Sequence record: OR529409.1
Reading direction: 5' to 3' (one strand)
Length of the DNA stretch: 64,000 bases
The notes below the pieces were generated by a model, which was not told the DNA's origin, did not search any database, and saw only the letters and a program-made list of their open reading frames with translations. Positions 27,007-38,400 of the stretch are shown here, in pieces (position 1 is the first letter of the stretch; each line of letters opens with the position of its first letter). Position numbers and translations under genes: made by a program.

Positions 27007-30000
27007 TTATTTGCTCGTATACCCCATCCTAGGATCTGGAGCTTTCTGGTTCTGGATTTCTTTAAGCAATTGAGCGAGTAAATCGTTAGTTCTTCCTTGG
27101 GCCTGAACTTGAGCCGTTGCGACCGGATCGGGTTGCTGAACCGGTTTAGCCAACGGAGTTGGCGGCGCAGAAGTACTTTGCTCAGTGGGGACCTTAACAC
27201 GATTAAGTGGGTTGGCCGGATCGGATTTGTACGCGACCGATCCCTCACTCACCGGAGTAGAAGGCACAGCTCCGATAGGTTTAGGTCCTTGATTAACCGA
27301 CGGAGTAGTAATCGCTGAAACTGCCGCGACACTGTTAGCTGTTCCTACGTTTTCCGATTTCATCGTAGGCGGTTTGGCGTCAGGGCTGACAGAGGAAACC
27401 GAACTCGGAGGAGTTTCCCCAGAAGAGGAAGGCGTCGCTCCAGCATTAGGATCCACCGTCAACTCATTGGAAGTCAAACGTTTCATATACTGCTGATAAA
27501 GTCTTGTCCTCGCCGGCATATCAGGCAAGCCGTTGGGGTTAAGTCCTTGAGCCGCATATTCAAACGAGTTGTTCTTCACAATGGACTGAAGTCGTTTACC
27601 GTTACTGCCGTTAGAGAGATACCAGATCAAGGTTTTCGCCATGACTTCTGGATCAGTGGAAACCAACTCTGGATTCTTAACGAGGTCTTTCCCCGCATAC
27701 TGAGAGGCAGCTCTGAAGTTATCCTTACCCGTAAGCTGAATGAACCCACGACCTCTGTAGAGCCATCCATCGTTAGGGCCGCTGTTACCCATCCTACCGC
27801 CGTAAACCGCGTTAGCGATGGCCTGAGGACCCCCAGCTACGATCTGCTGAGCCTGCGCCATGGACTTCACTCTACCTGGGAAAATTTCCAACAACCGACC
27901 TGGCTTGTAGTTCATGCCTTCCGCAGTATTTTTAAATCCCCCGCTTTCATAGTTAGCCAGAGCCAACATTTCAGCAATAAGACGAGGATCCGTGAAGCCG
28001 GCCTTAATCATCTCCTTCATGATTAATTGCTCTGCGGCTTTCTGGGGAACGCTAACACCTTTGTCTCCACCTCCCGACCCGCCTACCGGAGTGACGCCAG
28101 AAAGATCAACTGTCGACGTATCGGTATTACCCGTAATAGGTTTATAGTTGATAACTGGCTGACCACCCGCGATGACGTTATCACTCGTTGCAGCAGTCGC
28201 AACAGCCTGATTTAATCCACCCTCACCCATTGAGTGAGCCGAAGTATACGGAACGACTTCTTTAGCTCCAGAAGCTTTAACTTCTTTGTCACCAAAATTC
28301 AATTTCGCGTTCTTCGCGGCGGTATCGAGGTTATTAACGATTGCTTTAACCTGAGGTGTGATCGACCCAGAAGTTGTATTAGGGAACGGCGACCATTTAA
28401 CCTCCCAAACGGAAGTTGGGGTTTTACCGATATTCACTTTGAGCCCTAAAAGCTCTTTTGCGAAATCAAAAGCGTTAGTGGCAGTCATGGACTTCCAACC
28501 CGCGCTTGGTTTCACCCCCCTCATGATCCTCACGTATTTCACCCACGCCATACAGACTGGGAGGAAACGATCCCTGAACCACGTACACCATTGGTTAGCT
28601 TGGTCATCGGTTATTCTGAATGAGTTCTTAAAGAGGTTATACACCGCACCTGTGGTAGAAGTAAATCTTGCATCGTTACCGATTACACTGATGTAATCCT
28701 CACAATACCGTTCTAACTTCAACACAGCTTCAACACGCCATGGGATGTGTTCCGTATCACCGTAGGCGGCTAATCTCAATGCGGTTATCCCGGCCAGAGG
28801 TTTATCGCCCCCTGGTAAAAGATCGGTGATGTTGATTTCCATGACCGATTTTGTTACCGGATAACGTTTATTGATCTCTTCAATATCAGAACGATCCTCG
28901 TACGTCCCACCCACTCTCATTTTAAGACTAGACCACCAACCTGCCTTCTCAGATTTTTCAACCTGTTCGGCGGAGGTCTTCATGGTCACGACGCCTTCTT
29001 TCTCTATCCCCTCAGCTGTTCTTCCGTGTCTTTCGTTAAAGCTTTTCAGTTCGTCCAAATACAGCCTAACCTGATTAATGGTTTGGTCTTTACCCATTAT
29101 AGGTGTGGCTTCATCGAACTGAGCGGCTATCTGATAAGGATAAGGATTGATTGTACCGATCCTGTCGTTGATGGTGGAAACAGTAGAGTACAATTTAGCG
29201 TCGGTCGATTTATCGAACGTCTCAAAATCCCTGTACCCCGCGGTATCGATCGCAGAAGCGTAAGTCAGGAAAATAGGTTTGAAACGAAGATTAAACCAAG
29301 TGAAGTAAGCCTGCTGCTGGCCCTTGTCATTGGCTTGAGGTATGAAGCTTTGGAATATCTGTTCGAGAGGGGCTGATTTAGCTATTGAAGCCACCCCAGC
29401 GGTTACGACGACATATTCACGTAATGCTTCTTCGGCAGATCTGATTTTAGCAGCTAAATCTGACTCGACGTCCTTGATACCATATTGAGCCATACGAAGT
29501 TTGAACTGCGACCCTTTGCCTTTGGCGTAATACTTATAGATCAAATACCCGGCGCCTGCAACTGCCCCAATCCCCAACGTCACTGGATTAAATAACAGAG
29601 GAGCGACGGCAGTAGCCAAAGCACCTGTACCCGATACAATAGCCGACCCGGCAGCACTCGCACCAGAAGCAATAGCTGATCCGATCCCGAGGTTAATCCC
29701 CATAGCCGACATGGCGCTAGAACCTAAAGATACTGCTGAGGCTGCAGTAAGCGTGTTGCTCGCTACATCCTTCCAGTTAGTGCCTTCGTGCTCTTCATTG
29801 GTAGAGTCGAGATACATTCCTAATCCAGCGGTAGCCAAACCTGCTAAGCCGAATTTAAATGCTCTTCCTCTACCTACCCTACCGCCTCTGGTTCTTCTTC
29901 CTCTACGTCGTCCTGAAGCCCCTCCTGCGGCATCAACGATATCGTCAACACCATCAGATGCCCGGCGACCTAATAGGCCGACAGTAAGGATCTTAGCTAA

Positions 30001-33000
30001 CGACGTCAATCCACCTACAATAGCAGGCAGAGTAGTAATACCGAGAGTTAAGAATTTGGAGAGCTTAGCGCCGAGTCCGACGACCCCGCCCAAAATTGTT
30101 CCCATGGGGTTCTTAACGAGACCCAGGAGCCCATTAAGGAATCCACCGCCTTTCTTCTCTCCATCTGGAGAACCAGAACCCCTCTCTCCCTCTCCACGAC
30201 CGGCAAGATCGATGATGGCGTCTTGATACCGTGATTCACGTTCAGCTTTAGCTTTACGCTCCTTATCTTCTAAGGAGTTTAAGCGAACATCATCCGTATT
30301 TCCCATTCGGCTTGTTTCATTAACAATATCAGCCTTGATATCCGGCATGTCGTTAATGTCATAACCAAACTTACGGCAAAGCAGAGCGTAAATACGATCG
30401 ACCGAATTGGTAATAGGTGTATAGTCCGCGGTTACAAGATCGTTGATCTTATCTCCAGCTCGCTTACCGTAACCTTTAGCTCGGTCTCCCAGTTTCCTGC
30501 CCAGGTCAAGAAGTTTACCACCCATTACTCCCGTCATACGTTTGAGGGATTCTATTTTCATCCCCCCAGATGTAATGAGTCCATCCTCGTATTCGGCTTG
30601 GGTAATAATAACGTCGCCGTTCTCGTCATATACCGGTCCATCGATATCTCTCCAACCCTTTACAGGAACGACACTACCGTTCAAACGTTTGAAGTATTTA
30701 CCATTCTCAAAACCCTTCCTTGTCAGAACAGGGGAATCCTCTCCGACTCGATAAACATCCATTTGGGTTATTCGATTGGTAATACCCTGACCTATACCTT
30801 TCAATCGGTTAAGAGGATCCAGCCAGTTAAAGAGTTTTAACCCGGCTGATTTCACCGCGTTTAAGCCACGAAGTACGACCGCTTTGCCTTCGGCACTGAA
30901 CAGTTTGCCCGAAAGACGTTTAGCGGAGATCACGACCTTGGTTCCGAGATCAACGATCGATCCCTTGATCTCTTTCCAACTGGTAATGATTTTCTTTAAC
31001 ACTTTGTCGTAATACTGACGGGCTCTGAGTTTACGCGCTTCGAGTATCGGATCTTCACTCTCCCCATCGTAAATGTCTTCATCGTCACTGACGTCTCTGG
31101 CGTCCGCCATACTACGAACTTTGGTATATAGCGCCCAGGCTGCAGCACCGCCACCGATCAACGCCGCTGTTTTAGGATCGTGAATCGCCAATCCCGCTAA
31201 CCCACCTAACATCCCACCCAGCATCAGTGGTTCGTGAGCCAGCAGTTTATCCATGCCAGCACTGAAAATATCCTTAATCCCACCAAGACTTTTAATGCGG
31301 TCGAGGATGGTTTTCTTCTGTGCGGTATCAGCGGCATCTTCAGCATCAGTTTTGGGCTTATTCACCTCGGCTGGGTGACGAGAAAGGATTTGTTTCAGGA
31401 CTTCCAATTGTTCCTGATTAATATCCCTTATTCCCATTACAGAATCCGTTAAAGATTTGACTTGCTCTGGGCTTAATCCATTTCCGTCTTGTCTGCCGGG
31501 AATCCCGAGTTTAAGCTGCTCGGTGAGTTCCGATAGGGCGGTAACCAGTTTGCCGGAATCCTTCCCGGACAACCCACGACGGTTATTGATAATGGTTTTC
31601 GAATTACCCCCGCCCATTCCACCGCGAGTAGGGAGTGGGGTCACGTCATCCTCTTCGATAAGGCCTTCGTTACCATTAAGCTCCGATTTTAATCGGTCCC
31701 ATATCGCATCGGTGTTAAAGAAATCTGACCCGTTTTCACTATTAATCAAATTCATTTCTCTTAATAGTGGATCGTAACCAGCGTTTCGTAACAGATCGAT
31801 TTGCTGAGAAATATTAGGGAGATAACCTTTGAGGTTCTTGGCTCGCAGACTAAGATCGGCCGCCAAACGTTTACTTTTAGCGGTCGGCATGTTCAACTGA
31901 GCTTTAATACCAGCCAGCCCAGATTTTTTAGCCGCTTCAATATGCTGGTCGGTTAACCTGAACGACCCCCGCATCACTTGTTCAATTTCTTTACGAATCG
32001 ATGGGGTTAGCCCGTCTTCGTCTTCCATCCCGAAATAGTTGAACGGGTTGAATCCCTTATCTTGGTCGACGTCTCTCGCCAAACGATAAGATAAGAAACG
32101 TTTAGCTTCTGGTGACAGCGTTCCATTTTTGTCAATGGCAGAAACCATATCGGCTGTACCTGAGGCCAGCCCACTAAATTCTCTACCGTTCAACAGATTA
32201 CGCTTAACGGCATTTTGGGTTTGTTTATGACTTAAGAACTTCCCGCTACGGTAATCGAAACGTTCTTCTTTCAGGTTATCGTTACCCGTACGAATTTTTT
32301 CCAGGCTCAGATGAAGCTTAGCGAACCACCCAGGAATGATTTCATTTAACGTACGATCGGATTGACTACTCCAGTAGCTGGGTTGAGTCAAATCCATCAA
32401 GTTACGTTTCTTGAGTTCGTACTGTTTACCACGGGAATCGTTGATATTAAAAGAAAGATCGTTTAATCTATTTCCCAGAAAATTTTTACCTGTTTGTTTT
32501 AAACGCCACGCACTTTCACTTAATGGTTTTTCACCGGGAGCAAGTGAGTCAAGGTAATCGTCGTAGGTAGAAAAGTCTTCTTCGTAGTTAGCGTTATTGC
32601 GGAGAATGGTTCCTGCTAAACCAGCCGCGTTAGTTCCAGCGTATGACAGAACGCTGCCCAACTGTTCCAACTTGCGGTATTGCCGGCGGATGTTTTTGGC
32701 TTCTTTTGGATAGAGGGTCGCAAGTTTATTAATAAGCTTAGCGCCCTGCCCAGATTTAAAGAAAGCTGGTCCTCTCTCAATGACCTCGTTAGCTAGCATC
32801 TGCCCGATAATGGTTCCCATATTGAGACCCATTCCTTCGGACATCTCCATCCCCATTCTACCCGCGCCAACCATTCCGCTTAAACCAGAAAGCATTCCTT
32901 CTCTGGCTTCTTTACCGAACGTCTCGGACAGATAACCCATCACCCCACCGGACCTACGTCCGATTGTGGAGAAGATGGAATCACGCAATCTACCTTTAGC

Positions 33001-33813
33001 TGCCATAGCCAGGGAAGTTTTCTCGTAATCACTCTTACCCGAATTAAGAGTGATCTTTTTAAGCTCGTCAATCTGACGATGCATCGAGGCTTCCATGAAC
33101 TTGTAGTATTTAGCGTTGGTTAAATGCATCCGAGCCAATAAGTTGATTTTAACCGCATCGTTCTTAGCCTGGATTTTATTCTGGTAACGCAAAATACCTT
33201 GAAGGGTGGTCGAGATCCCGCCTAACAGCGAATTGGTTGCTTGTTGCTGAGCTAATTGACGACCGCCAACTACCGCGGTCATGTTGTTGATAGCCCGCCC
33301 AATACCCACCATTGTTCCTGTCTGCTGGGCCGTAACTCCGCTTATAAAACCGGCTAAGCCATCTTCATCGACTTCTCCCATACTTGGATCAGAAGGCGTG
33401 TATCCTCCTTGATCCCAATGGCTAAAGTCCTTATTGCTGAAGGTCTCCAACCCCTGGGCAATTTTATTAGGAACCTTGTCGCCGTGGCGGTCTAAGGTCA
33501 TCTGAGCAATTGCCTGGAGATCTTCCACCATATCTTTTGATCCGGCTTTGACCTCACTTAGGATCTCCTGCTTCTTCCAATCAAACTCTCTTTTTAAATC
33601 AAAGACAGTCCCAAATGATTTTGGGAGGAGCATTTTAGCCGTTCTCAACCTACCTTCTGAACTTCCTATCGTACCGCTGTGGAGCTCACTGAGAAAACCA
33701 CTCCCCATGCTCGCAAAGAAACCTTTTTTAGGTGCGTTATCGAAGTCGAAGTCGAAATCTATATCGCCGGCGAACGGGTCGTCTCCCCAATCGTCGAAAT
33801 CATCTTTAGCCAT
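27007..33813 (-). CDS. Tail tape measure protein with a C-terminal GH19 (chitinase/lysozyme-like) domain
   Basis: 2268 aa, divergent from vRNAP beta'; YESGGF..EGMNY..YGGRMGN..GWLYRGRGFIQLTGKDNF GH19 motif at about 27480..28020; central hydrophobic G/A-rich segments. Confidence 0.9.
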   Translation of the reverse strand: MAKDDFDDWGDDPFAGDIDFDFDFDNAPKKGFFASMGSGFLSELHSGTIGSSEGRLRTAKMLLPKSFGTVFDLKREFDWKKQEILSEVKAGSKDMVEDLQAIAQMTLDRHGDKVPNKIAQGLETFSNKDFSHWDQGGYTPSDPSMGEVDEDGLAGFISGVTAQQTGTMVGIGRAINNMTAVVGGRQLAQQQATNSLLGGISTTLQGILRYQNKIQAKNDAVKINLLARMHLTNAKYYKFMEASMHRQIDELKKITLNSGKSDYEKTSLAMAAKGRLRDSIFSTIGRRSGGVMGYLSETFGKEAREGMLSGLSGMVGAGRMGMEMSEGMGLNMGTIIGQMLANEVIERGPAFFKSGQGAKLINKLATLYPKEAKNIRRQYRKLEQLGSVLSYAGTNAAGLAGTILRNNANYEEDFSTYDDYLDSLAPGEKPLSESAWRLKQTGKNFLGNRLNDLSFNINDSRGKQYELKKRNLMDLTQPSYWSSQSDRTLNEIIPGWFAKLHLSLEKIRTGNDNLKEERFDYRSGKFLSHKQTQNAVKRNLLNGREFSGLASGTADMVSAIDKNGTLSPEAKRFLSYRLARDVDQDKGFNPFNYFGMEDEDGLTPSIRKEIEQVMRGSFRLTDQHIEAAKKSGLAGIKAQLNMPTAKSKRLAADLSLRAKNLKGYLPNISQQIDLLRNAGYDPLLREMNLINSENGSDFFNTDAIWDRLKSELNGNEGLIEEDDVTPLPTRGGMGGGNSKTIINNRRGLSGKDSGKLVTALSELTEQLKLGIPGRQDGNGLSPEQVKSLTDSVMGIRDINQEQLEVLKQILSRHPAEVNKPKTDAEDAADTAQKKTILDRIKSLGGIKDIFSAGMDKLLAHEPLMLGGMLGGLAGLAIHDPKTAALIGGGAAAWALYTKVRSMADARDVSDDEDIYDGESEDPILEARKLRARQYYDKVLKKIITSWKEIKGSIVDLGTKVVISAKRLSGKLFSAEGKAVVLRGLNAVKSAGLKLFNWLDPLNRLKGIGQGITNRITQMDVYRVGEDSPVLTRKGFENGKYFKRLNGSVVPVKGWRDIDGPVYDENGDVIITQAEYEDGLITSGGMKIESLKRMTGVMGGKLLDLGRKLGDRAKGYGKRAGDKINDLVTADYTPITNSVDRIYALLCRKFGYDINDMPDIKADIVNETSRMGNTDDVRLNSLEDKERKAKAERESRYQDAIIDLAGRGEGERGSGSPDGEKKGGGFLNGLLGLVKNPMGTILGGVVGLGAKLSKFLTLGITTLPAIVGGLTSLAKILTVGLLGRRASDGVDDIVDAAGGASGRRRGRRTRGGRVGRGRAFKFGLAGLATAGLGMYLDSTNEEHEGTNWKDVASNTLTAASAVSLGSSAMSAMGINLGIGSAIASGASAAGSAIVSGTGALATAVAPLLFNPVTLGIGAVAGAGYLIYKYYAKGKGSQFKLRMAQYGIKDVESDLAAKIRSAEEALREYVVVTAGVASIAKSAPLEQIFQSFIPQANDKGQQQAYFTWFNLRFKPIFLTYASAIDTAGYRDFETFDKSTDAKLYSTVSTINDRIGTINPYPYQIAAQFDEATPIMGKDQTINQVRLYLDELKSFNERHGRTAEGIEKEGVVTMKTSAEQVEKSEKAGWWSSLKMRVGGTYEDRSDIEEINKRYPVTKSVMEINITDLLPGGDKPLAGITALRLAAYGDTEHIPWRVEAVLKLERYCEDYISVIGNDARFTSTTGAVYNLFKNSFRITDDQANQWCTWFRDRFLPVCMAWVKYVRIMRGVKPSAGWKSMTATNAFDFAKELLGLKVNIGKTPTSVWEVKWSPFPNTTSGSITPQVKAIVNNLDTAAKNAKLNFGDKEVKASGAKEVVPYTSAHSMGEGGLNQAVATAATSDNVIAGGQPVINYKPITGNTDTSTVDLSGVTPVGGSGGGDKGVSVPQKAAEQLIMKEMIKAGFTDPRLIAEMLALANYESGGFKNTAEGMNYKPGRLLEIFPGRVKSMAQAQQIVAGGPQAIANAVYGGRMGNSGPNDGWLYRGRGFIQLTGKDNFRAASQYAGKDLVKNPELVSTDPEVMAKTLIWYLSNGSNGKRLQSIVKNNSFEYAAQGLNPNGLPDMPARTRLYQQYMKRLTSNELTVDPNAGATPSSSGETPPSSVSSVSPDAKPPTMKSENVGTANSVAAVSAITTPSVNQGPKPIGAVPSTPVSEGSVAYKSDPANPLNRVKVPTEQSTSAPPTPLAKPVQQPDPVATAQVQAQGRTNDLLAQLLKEIQNQKAPDPRMGYTSK

Positions 33814-33833
33814 TTTAACCTCGTGGTGCGAAT

Positions 33834-35447
33834 ATGCAACCTACTAATATTACGTTATTGAACCCAAACAAAGTGGCTTGGGCTCTCATGAAAGCCGTGA
33901 CGTCAACAGACGTCCATGAGGGGATGACCAACAACCTTCATGAAGATGGTTTATACTCTCCAACAATCTTCGGTCGTGTCGGTACCGACCAACGAGATAA
34001 AACTCAATCTTACATCAATGTTAAGATTCCTGTCTTCAACCCGACTTATTTTAAGGCTTTGATTGGGTTAAAGGGTTTGTATCTCGGAATAATCAAAGGG
34101 ACGGAATACGCCCTTTGGGACGCATCAGAACGCGACTTCATAAAATCAAACCTCCTGGAAGGAGAAACCGGCTACGGTTTCTTTATGCGCCACTTTTACG
34201 ACTTAGAACCTAAGTTAAACGAAAGTTATAAACGCAAACAGCGCGTAGAACTCTTTAATAAATTTAAAGACATCGCGTTGACTAAAAACATCATTGTCCT
34301 GCCGGCCGGCATTCGCGATATCCAGGTTGAACCCAACGGCCAGATCGTGGAACCCGAAATAAATGATTTCTATCGTAAACTGATCTTCCGTAGTCGCAGC
34401 GTGGTTATCCAGGAAGGTGAAGAAGATAACCCGATTTACGATAACATCCGTTGGGCGATTCAAAGCGTGTTCAACGACATCGACGATTATATCTTCCGGC
34501 TGATGGAAGGTAAGCGTGGATTCTTACAGCGCCGAGTCTCAACTCGTGGTGTCGTCGGGGGTACTCGTAACGTTATTACCGCTCGTAAAGTTTCTGTTGC
34601 TGATGCGGATGATGATAATGGGGTTGACGTTAACACCACAGATATCGGGATGTATCAAGCGTTGCTGGGTTTCCAATACGTTGCGCGATATGCGTTACTT
34701 AAAGGTTTCTTAAGCCGCGTATTTACAGTAGGGTCAAGCACGGCTAAGCTTGTCGATCCCAGGACTCTTGAATACCAATACGTTGAAGTTGAGAGCAACA
34801 TTGTTGACAAATGGTTGTCGGCCGATGGACTCACCGCTTTGTTCAACGGATTCGGCACCAGGCACTTGCGTCATAAACCGATCAAAATTAATGGCTATTA
34901 CATGGGCCTGACTTATGATGACGGCAAATACGTCAAGTTACTCGGTGACGTAACCGAACTTCCTCCTGGGTTTGATAAGAAGTTCTGCAAACCATTGACT
35001 TACATGGAACTCTTCTATTTAAGTTGTGTCGAAGAAATAGAAAAGAGAATGCTTCAGGTTACCCGCTATCCGATCACCGGGATGGGTTCTATCTATCCTA
35101 GCCTCATCAAAATCAAAACGACAACTAACGCCGAAAAAAGAATCATCTTAGATGATTACTGGGAAGAAGGTTATCGTTGCACATACTACCCGGTCCGAGA
35201 AACCAAACCGGATTATTTCGACGCCATGAGTGTCGATGGCAGTCGGTTAGGTTTATTGGGTGGGGACTTCGATGGCGACCAACTTAACAGTAACTCCATC
35301 AACGGAGAGGATGCTATTGCTGAAGCTAAAGCTTTAATGGGCAGACGCGATTACTATATCACCGGCACGGGGCAGTTCCTTTACAGTCCAACGGTGGAAC
35401 CTCACGAATTCTTATTCCGAAATCTCAGTAACGGACTCAACCTATGA
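33834..35447 (+). CDS. rpoC: Virion RNA polymerase beta' catalytic subunit (phiKZ gp180-like)
   Basis: EDGLYSPTIFG, RNVIT, VTRYP and the catalytic GGDFDGD motif. Confidence 0.95.
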   Translation: MQPTNITLLNPNKVAWALMKAVTSTDVHEGMTNNLHEDGLYSPTIFGRVGTDQRDKTQSYINVKIPVFNPTYFKALIGLKGLYLGIIKGTEYALWDASERDFIKSNLLEGETGYGFFMRHFYDLEPKLNESYKRKQRVELFNKFKDIALTKNIIVLPAGIRDIQVEPNGQIVEPEINDFYRKLIFRSRSVVIQEGEEDNPIYDNIRWAIQSVFNDIDDYIFRLMEGKRGFLQRRVSTRGVVGGTRNVITARKVSVADADDDNGVDVNTTDIGMYQALLGFQYVARYALLKGFLSRVFTVGSSTAKLVDPRTLEYQYVEVESNIVDKWLSADGLTALFNGFGTRHLRHKPIKINGYYMGLTYDDGKYVKLLGDVTELPPGFDKKFCKPLTYMELFYLSCVEEIEKRMLQVTRYPITGMGSIYPSLIKIKTTTNAEKRIILDDYWEEGYRCTYYPVRETKPDYFDAMSVDGSRLGLLGGDFDGDQLNSNSINGEDAIAEAKALMGRRDYYITGTGQFLYSPTVEPHEFLFRNLSNGLNL

Positions 35448-38400
35448 GCGTATTATACCAACAGTTCTTCCGCAATTTTGTTCTTAGGAAAAAACAAGAA
35501 ATTACAAATCCTAAGTTTCACCATCTGACGGATATGGTGTTGCCGAGAGAATCGGTAATGATGTATCTACCGAAGACTCAAGAGGATATCGGCCCGAGTA
35601 CCGAGGAGCCCTTAATAGGGACTTACCCTGACGGGGTTAACATTTATTTCAACAGTCTTTATATAACCCCTATCGGAAGAACTCGACCCGTTCCCTTTAA
35701 CGAAAAGCAATCTATACAGCTTTATCGTAAAAGCCATTTCAAATACAACTGGGCGAGGACGTTGTCCAACTACCTGAGCCGTCGTCAGGAACTGTTGGTA
35801 AACAACATAGCGATGGGACCTCATCGTCACCGTTATGTCTTTACTCGCTTTGTTCAGTTCGAACGAGCTTACAACCAACTGGCTTCTGGGATTGAAGCGG
35901 TTAAACAAATGAGTAAGGAAACGACCCGCCATCAATACTGGCGAATAGAACTTCCTCCAGCCATCCCCGATTATCGTCAGCTACTGGTAGCTGTCGATCA
36001 TTATAAGAAGGCGTTCAAAGACGGTGTTTATACCACCACTGACAATCAGGCGGTACTCCCGTTTAAGGGTTACGGTTCTTATTGGATCATGGACTGGTAT
36101 CTCTTCTTGATAGGCGAAAAGAACTACAGTCTGTTTAATCGCTTAGATAAAGAAGAAATGGATAAACTCCACATCATCTTTAGTCATAATGGACTCAGCT
36201 GGGTAGTTAACCTTGGTATCGTCTCTCAATGGATGGAAGAACTTAACGACAAGCACGGCAATCCCACCAGTATGCGCGTTAACGCAGCTAAACGGTTCCT
36301 GCTTGGATTTAGGGCTCTGATAGCGGGCGGCACGCTAAGTGAAACCATAGAGGAGAAACCTCATGCCGCAGAGAATGTCGGATTGGGTACTGGAACGCCA
36401 GAAGAGGAAAGAAGAAGCCAGGAAGTTAATAAGGAATCAGAAGAAGAACCGCTGGATCTCGATGAGTCTGAAGAGATTACTGATCAGTCTGTTACTATGC
36501 TTGATCTTTTCATGGGCAGCAAAAAGGCTGATACAGAATCTAATGATGACCAAGGAGGAGAGGATTCAGGAGGAGCTGATGAGAATCACGGAGAAGAGTG
36601 GGCTGCAGCGGTCGACGATGAATTACTTTATAACGCCGAAACAGAAGGATTAGGGGAAACCAAGAAAGTTATTTTCAGTACCCCGGAATCTGGTATCCTG
36701 AGAGCCTTAGAGCAAAGAGCCAAGGCCGGGACATTAACTGTTGCGGAACAACGTTATTACACTAATCTCGCGCAATCATACAAAACAATCAAAATGCCTA
36801 ACGGTGAAAGTCTTGAAAGTTTTGTTAAGATCGATCAGGCCAAACTCCGCCACCTTCCTGCTAAAATTGCTCCTGAGATGAGAGGGATCATCGACCCTTC
36901 TCAGCTACAAAGTAGAGCGACCAATCTTAAAACGAAATACTCTGAAGAATTCCTTAATCGGGATATCGCCGGGATGATTCTTAACATTCAGAACGCCGGC
37001 ATCGTTTTAACCGACCTGAAACGTGAACGTATCGTCAATGCGGAATCGGCTTACGACGTTTATACCATGAACGTCCATCCTGTTGGCGGATCGCCTAAGA
37101 CTGCAATGTTCCGCATCCCCAAAATTGACAAAGACGGAACCTTCACTGTCGATGGGGTAAAACAGCATCTTCAACTTCAGCGTATGGAAATACCGATTCG
37201 TAAGATAAACTCGGAGCAGGTTGCTTTGACGAGTTATTATGACCGCAAGATCATGATGTCTCGTTCTACCAAGGTTGCCGACGATTACGGATTGTGGCTA
37301 AACAAACAGCTTATTCTGTTGGGCGAAGCCGGTAAAGTATCTGGGGTGTTGGGCGATGTCTATAATCGTAGTTACGCTGTTCCTCGTACTTATTCTGCGT
37401 TAGCCAAACGGTATCGGTCATTAAAGGCGGGCGGGATTGAATTCAACTTCGATCTTTCTAGTCTTGTTGGATCAGAGAAAGAAATCAATAAGCTGATTTC
37501 TCCTAACTGGGTTCCGGTGGCTAAAGAAGGTGACGACTTCATCTTTATGGATGATGGCGGTAACCTTTATAAAGATAAGACACACATTGGTTCTTTCGAA
37601 AGCCGCTGTGGAATTGACACGACGAAAGCCCCAGTCGATATCGTTACGGTGAATGTAAACGGATACGCTTTCCCTATCGGGGTAGTACTGGCTTACTACT
37701 TCGGATTCGACGAACTTCTTAAAGCACTCAATGCTGACTATCGGACCGTTCCGGCCGGTGAGAAAGTTCGGATGGGTCAGGACGAATACGCGATAACCTT
37801 TAACGATGAAACGCTCATTTTCAACAGACGGGATAGTTTAACCGCACTCATTATGGGTGGGTTCCGGAAGTTAGCGAATTTGAGTAACTTCTCTCGCTAT
37901 GACCTAAACACGAAAGGCGTGTGGGTGCCGGCTATCGGGGATAAGAAAGTCAAACCAGGTCATTTTGATGAAATGCGTTTGATGTTCGAAATGTTCATCG
38001 ATCCTATCACCAAATCTGAACTGGTTAAAAGGGGTTATCCGACCGAGCTTCATTATCTCATGATCGAAGGCGTCAAAATGCTGAACACCGATCGGACTGC
38101 TCACGAGATAGAATTAACTGAGCAACGTTTCGTTGGGTATGAACGTTTCGCCGGACGGGTCTATAACGAAATTGTTAAGTCGACTCGTCAATTTAGAAAT
38201 AAAGGTAATGACAAACGTTTCACCTTCGATATGAACCCTGAAGCGGTTATCATGAGTATCATCACCGATACAAGTGTAAACCTAGTCGAAGAGGTTAACC
38301 CCATCCACGAAATCAAAGAACAGGAAGTTGTTACCTTTGGTGGTACCGGTGGGCGAAGTGAAACGACAATGGTCAGACGTACACGTGGTCAGCAAGAGAA

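Noticed and set aside
27097-31777. Plus-strand ORFs within the tape measure gene
   Set aside because: Low-complexity antisense frames without RBS support.
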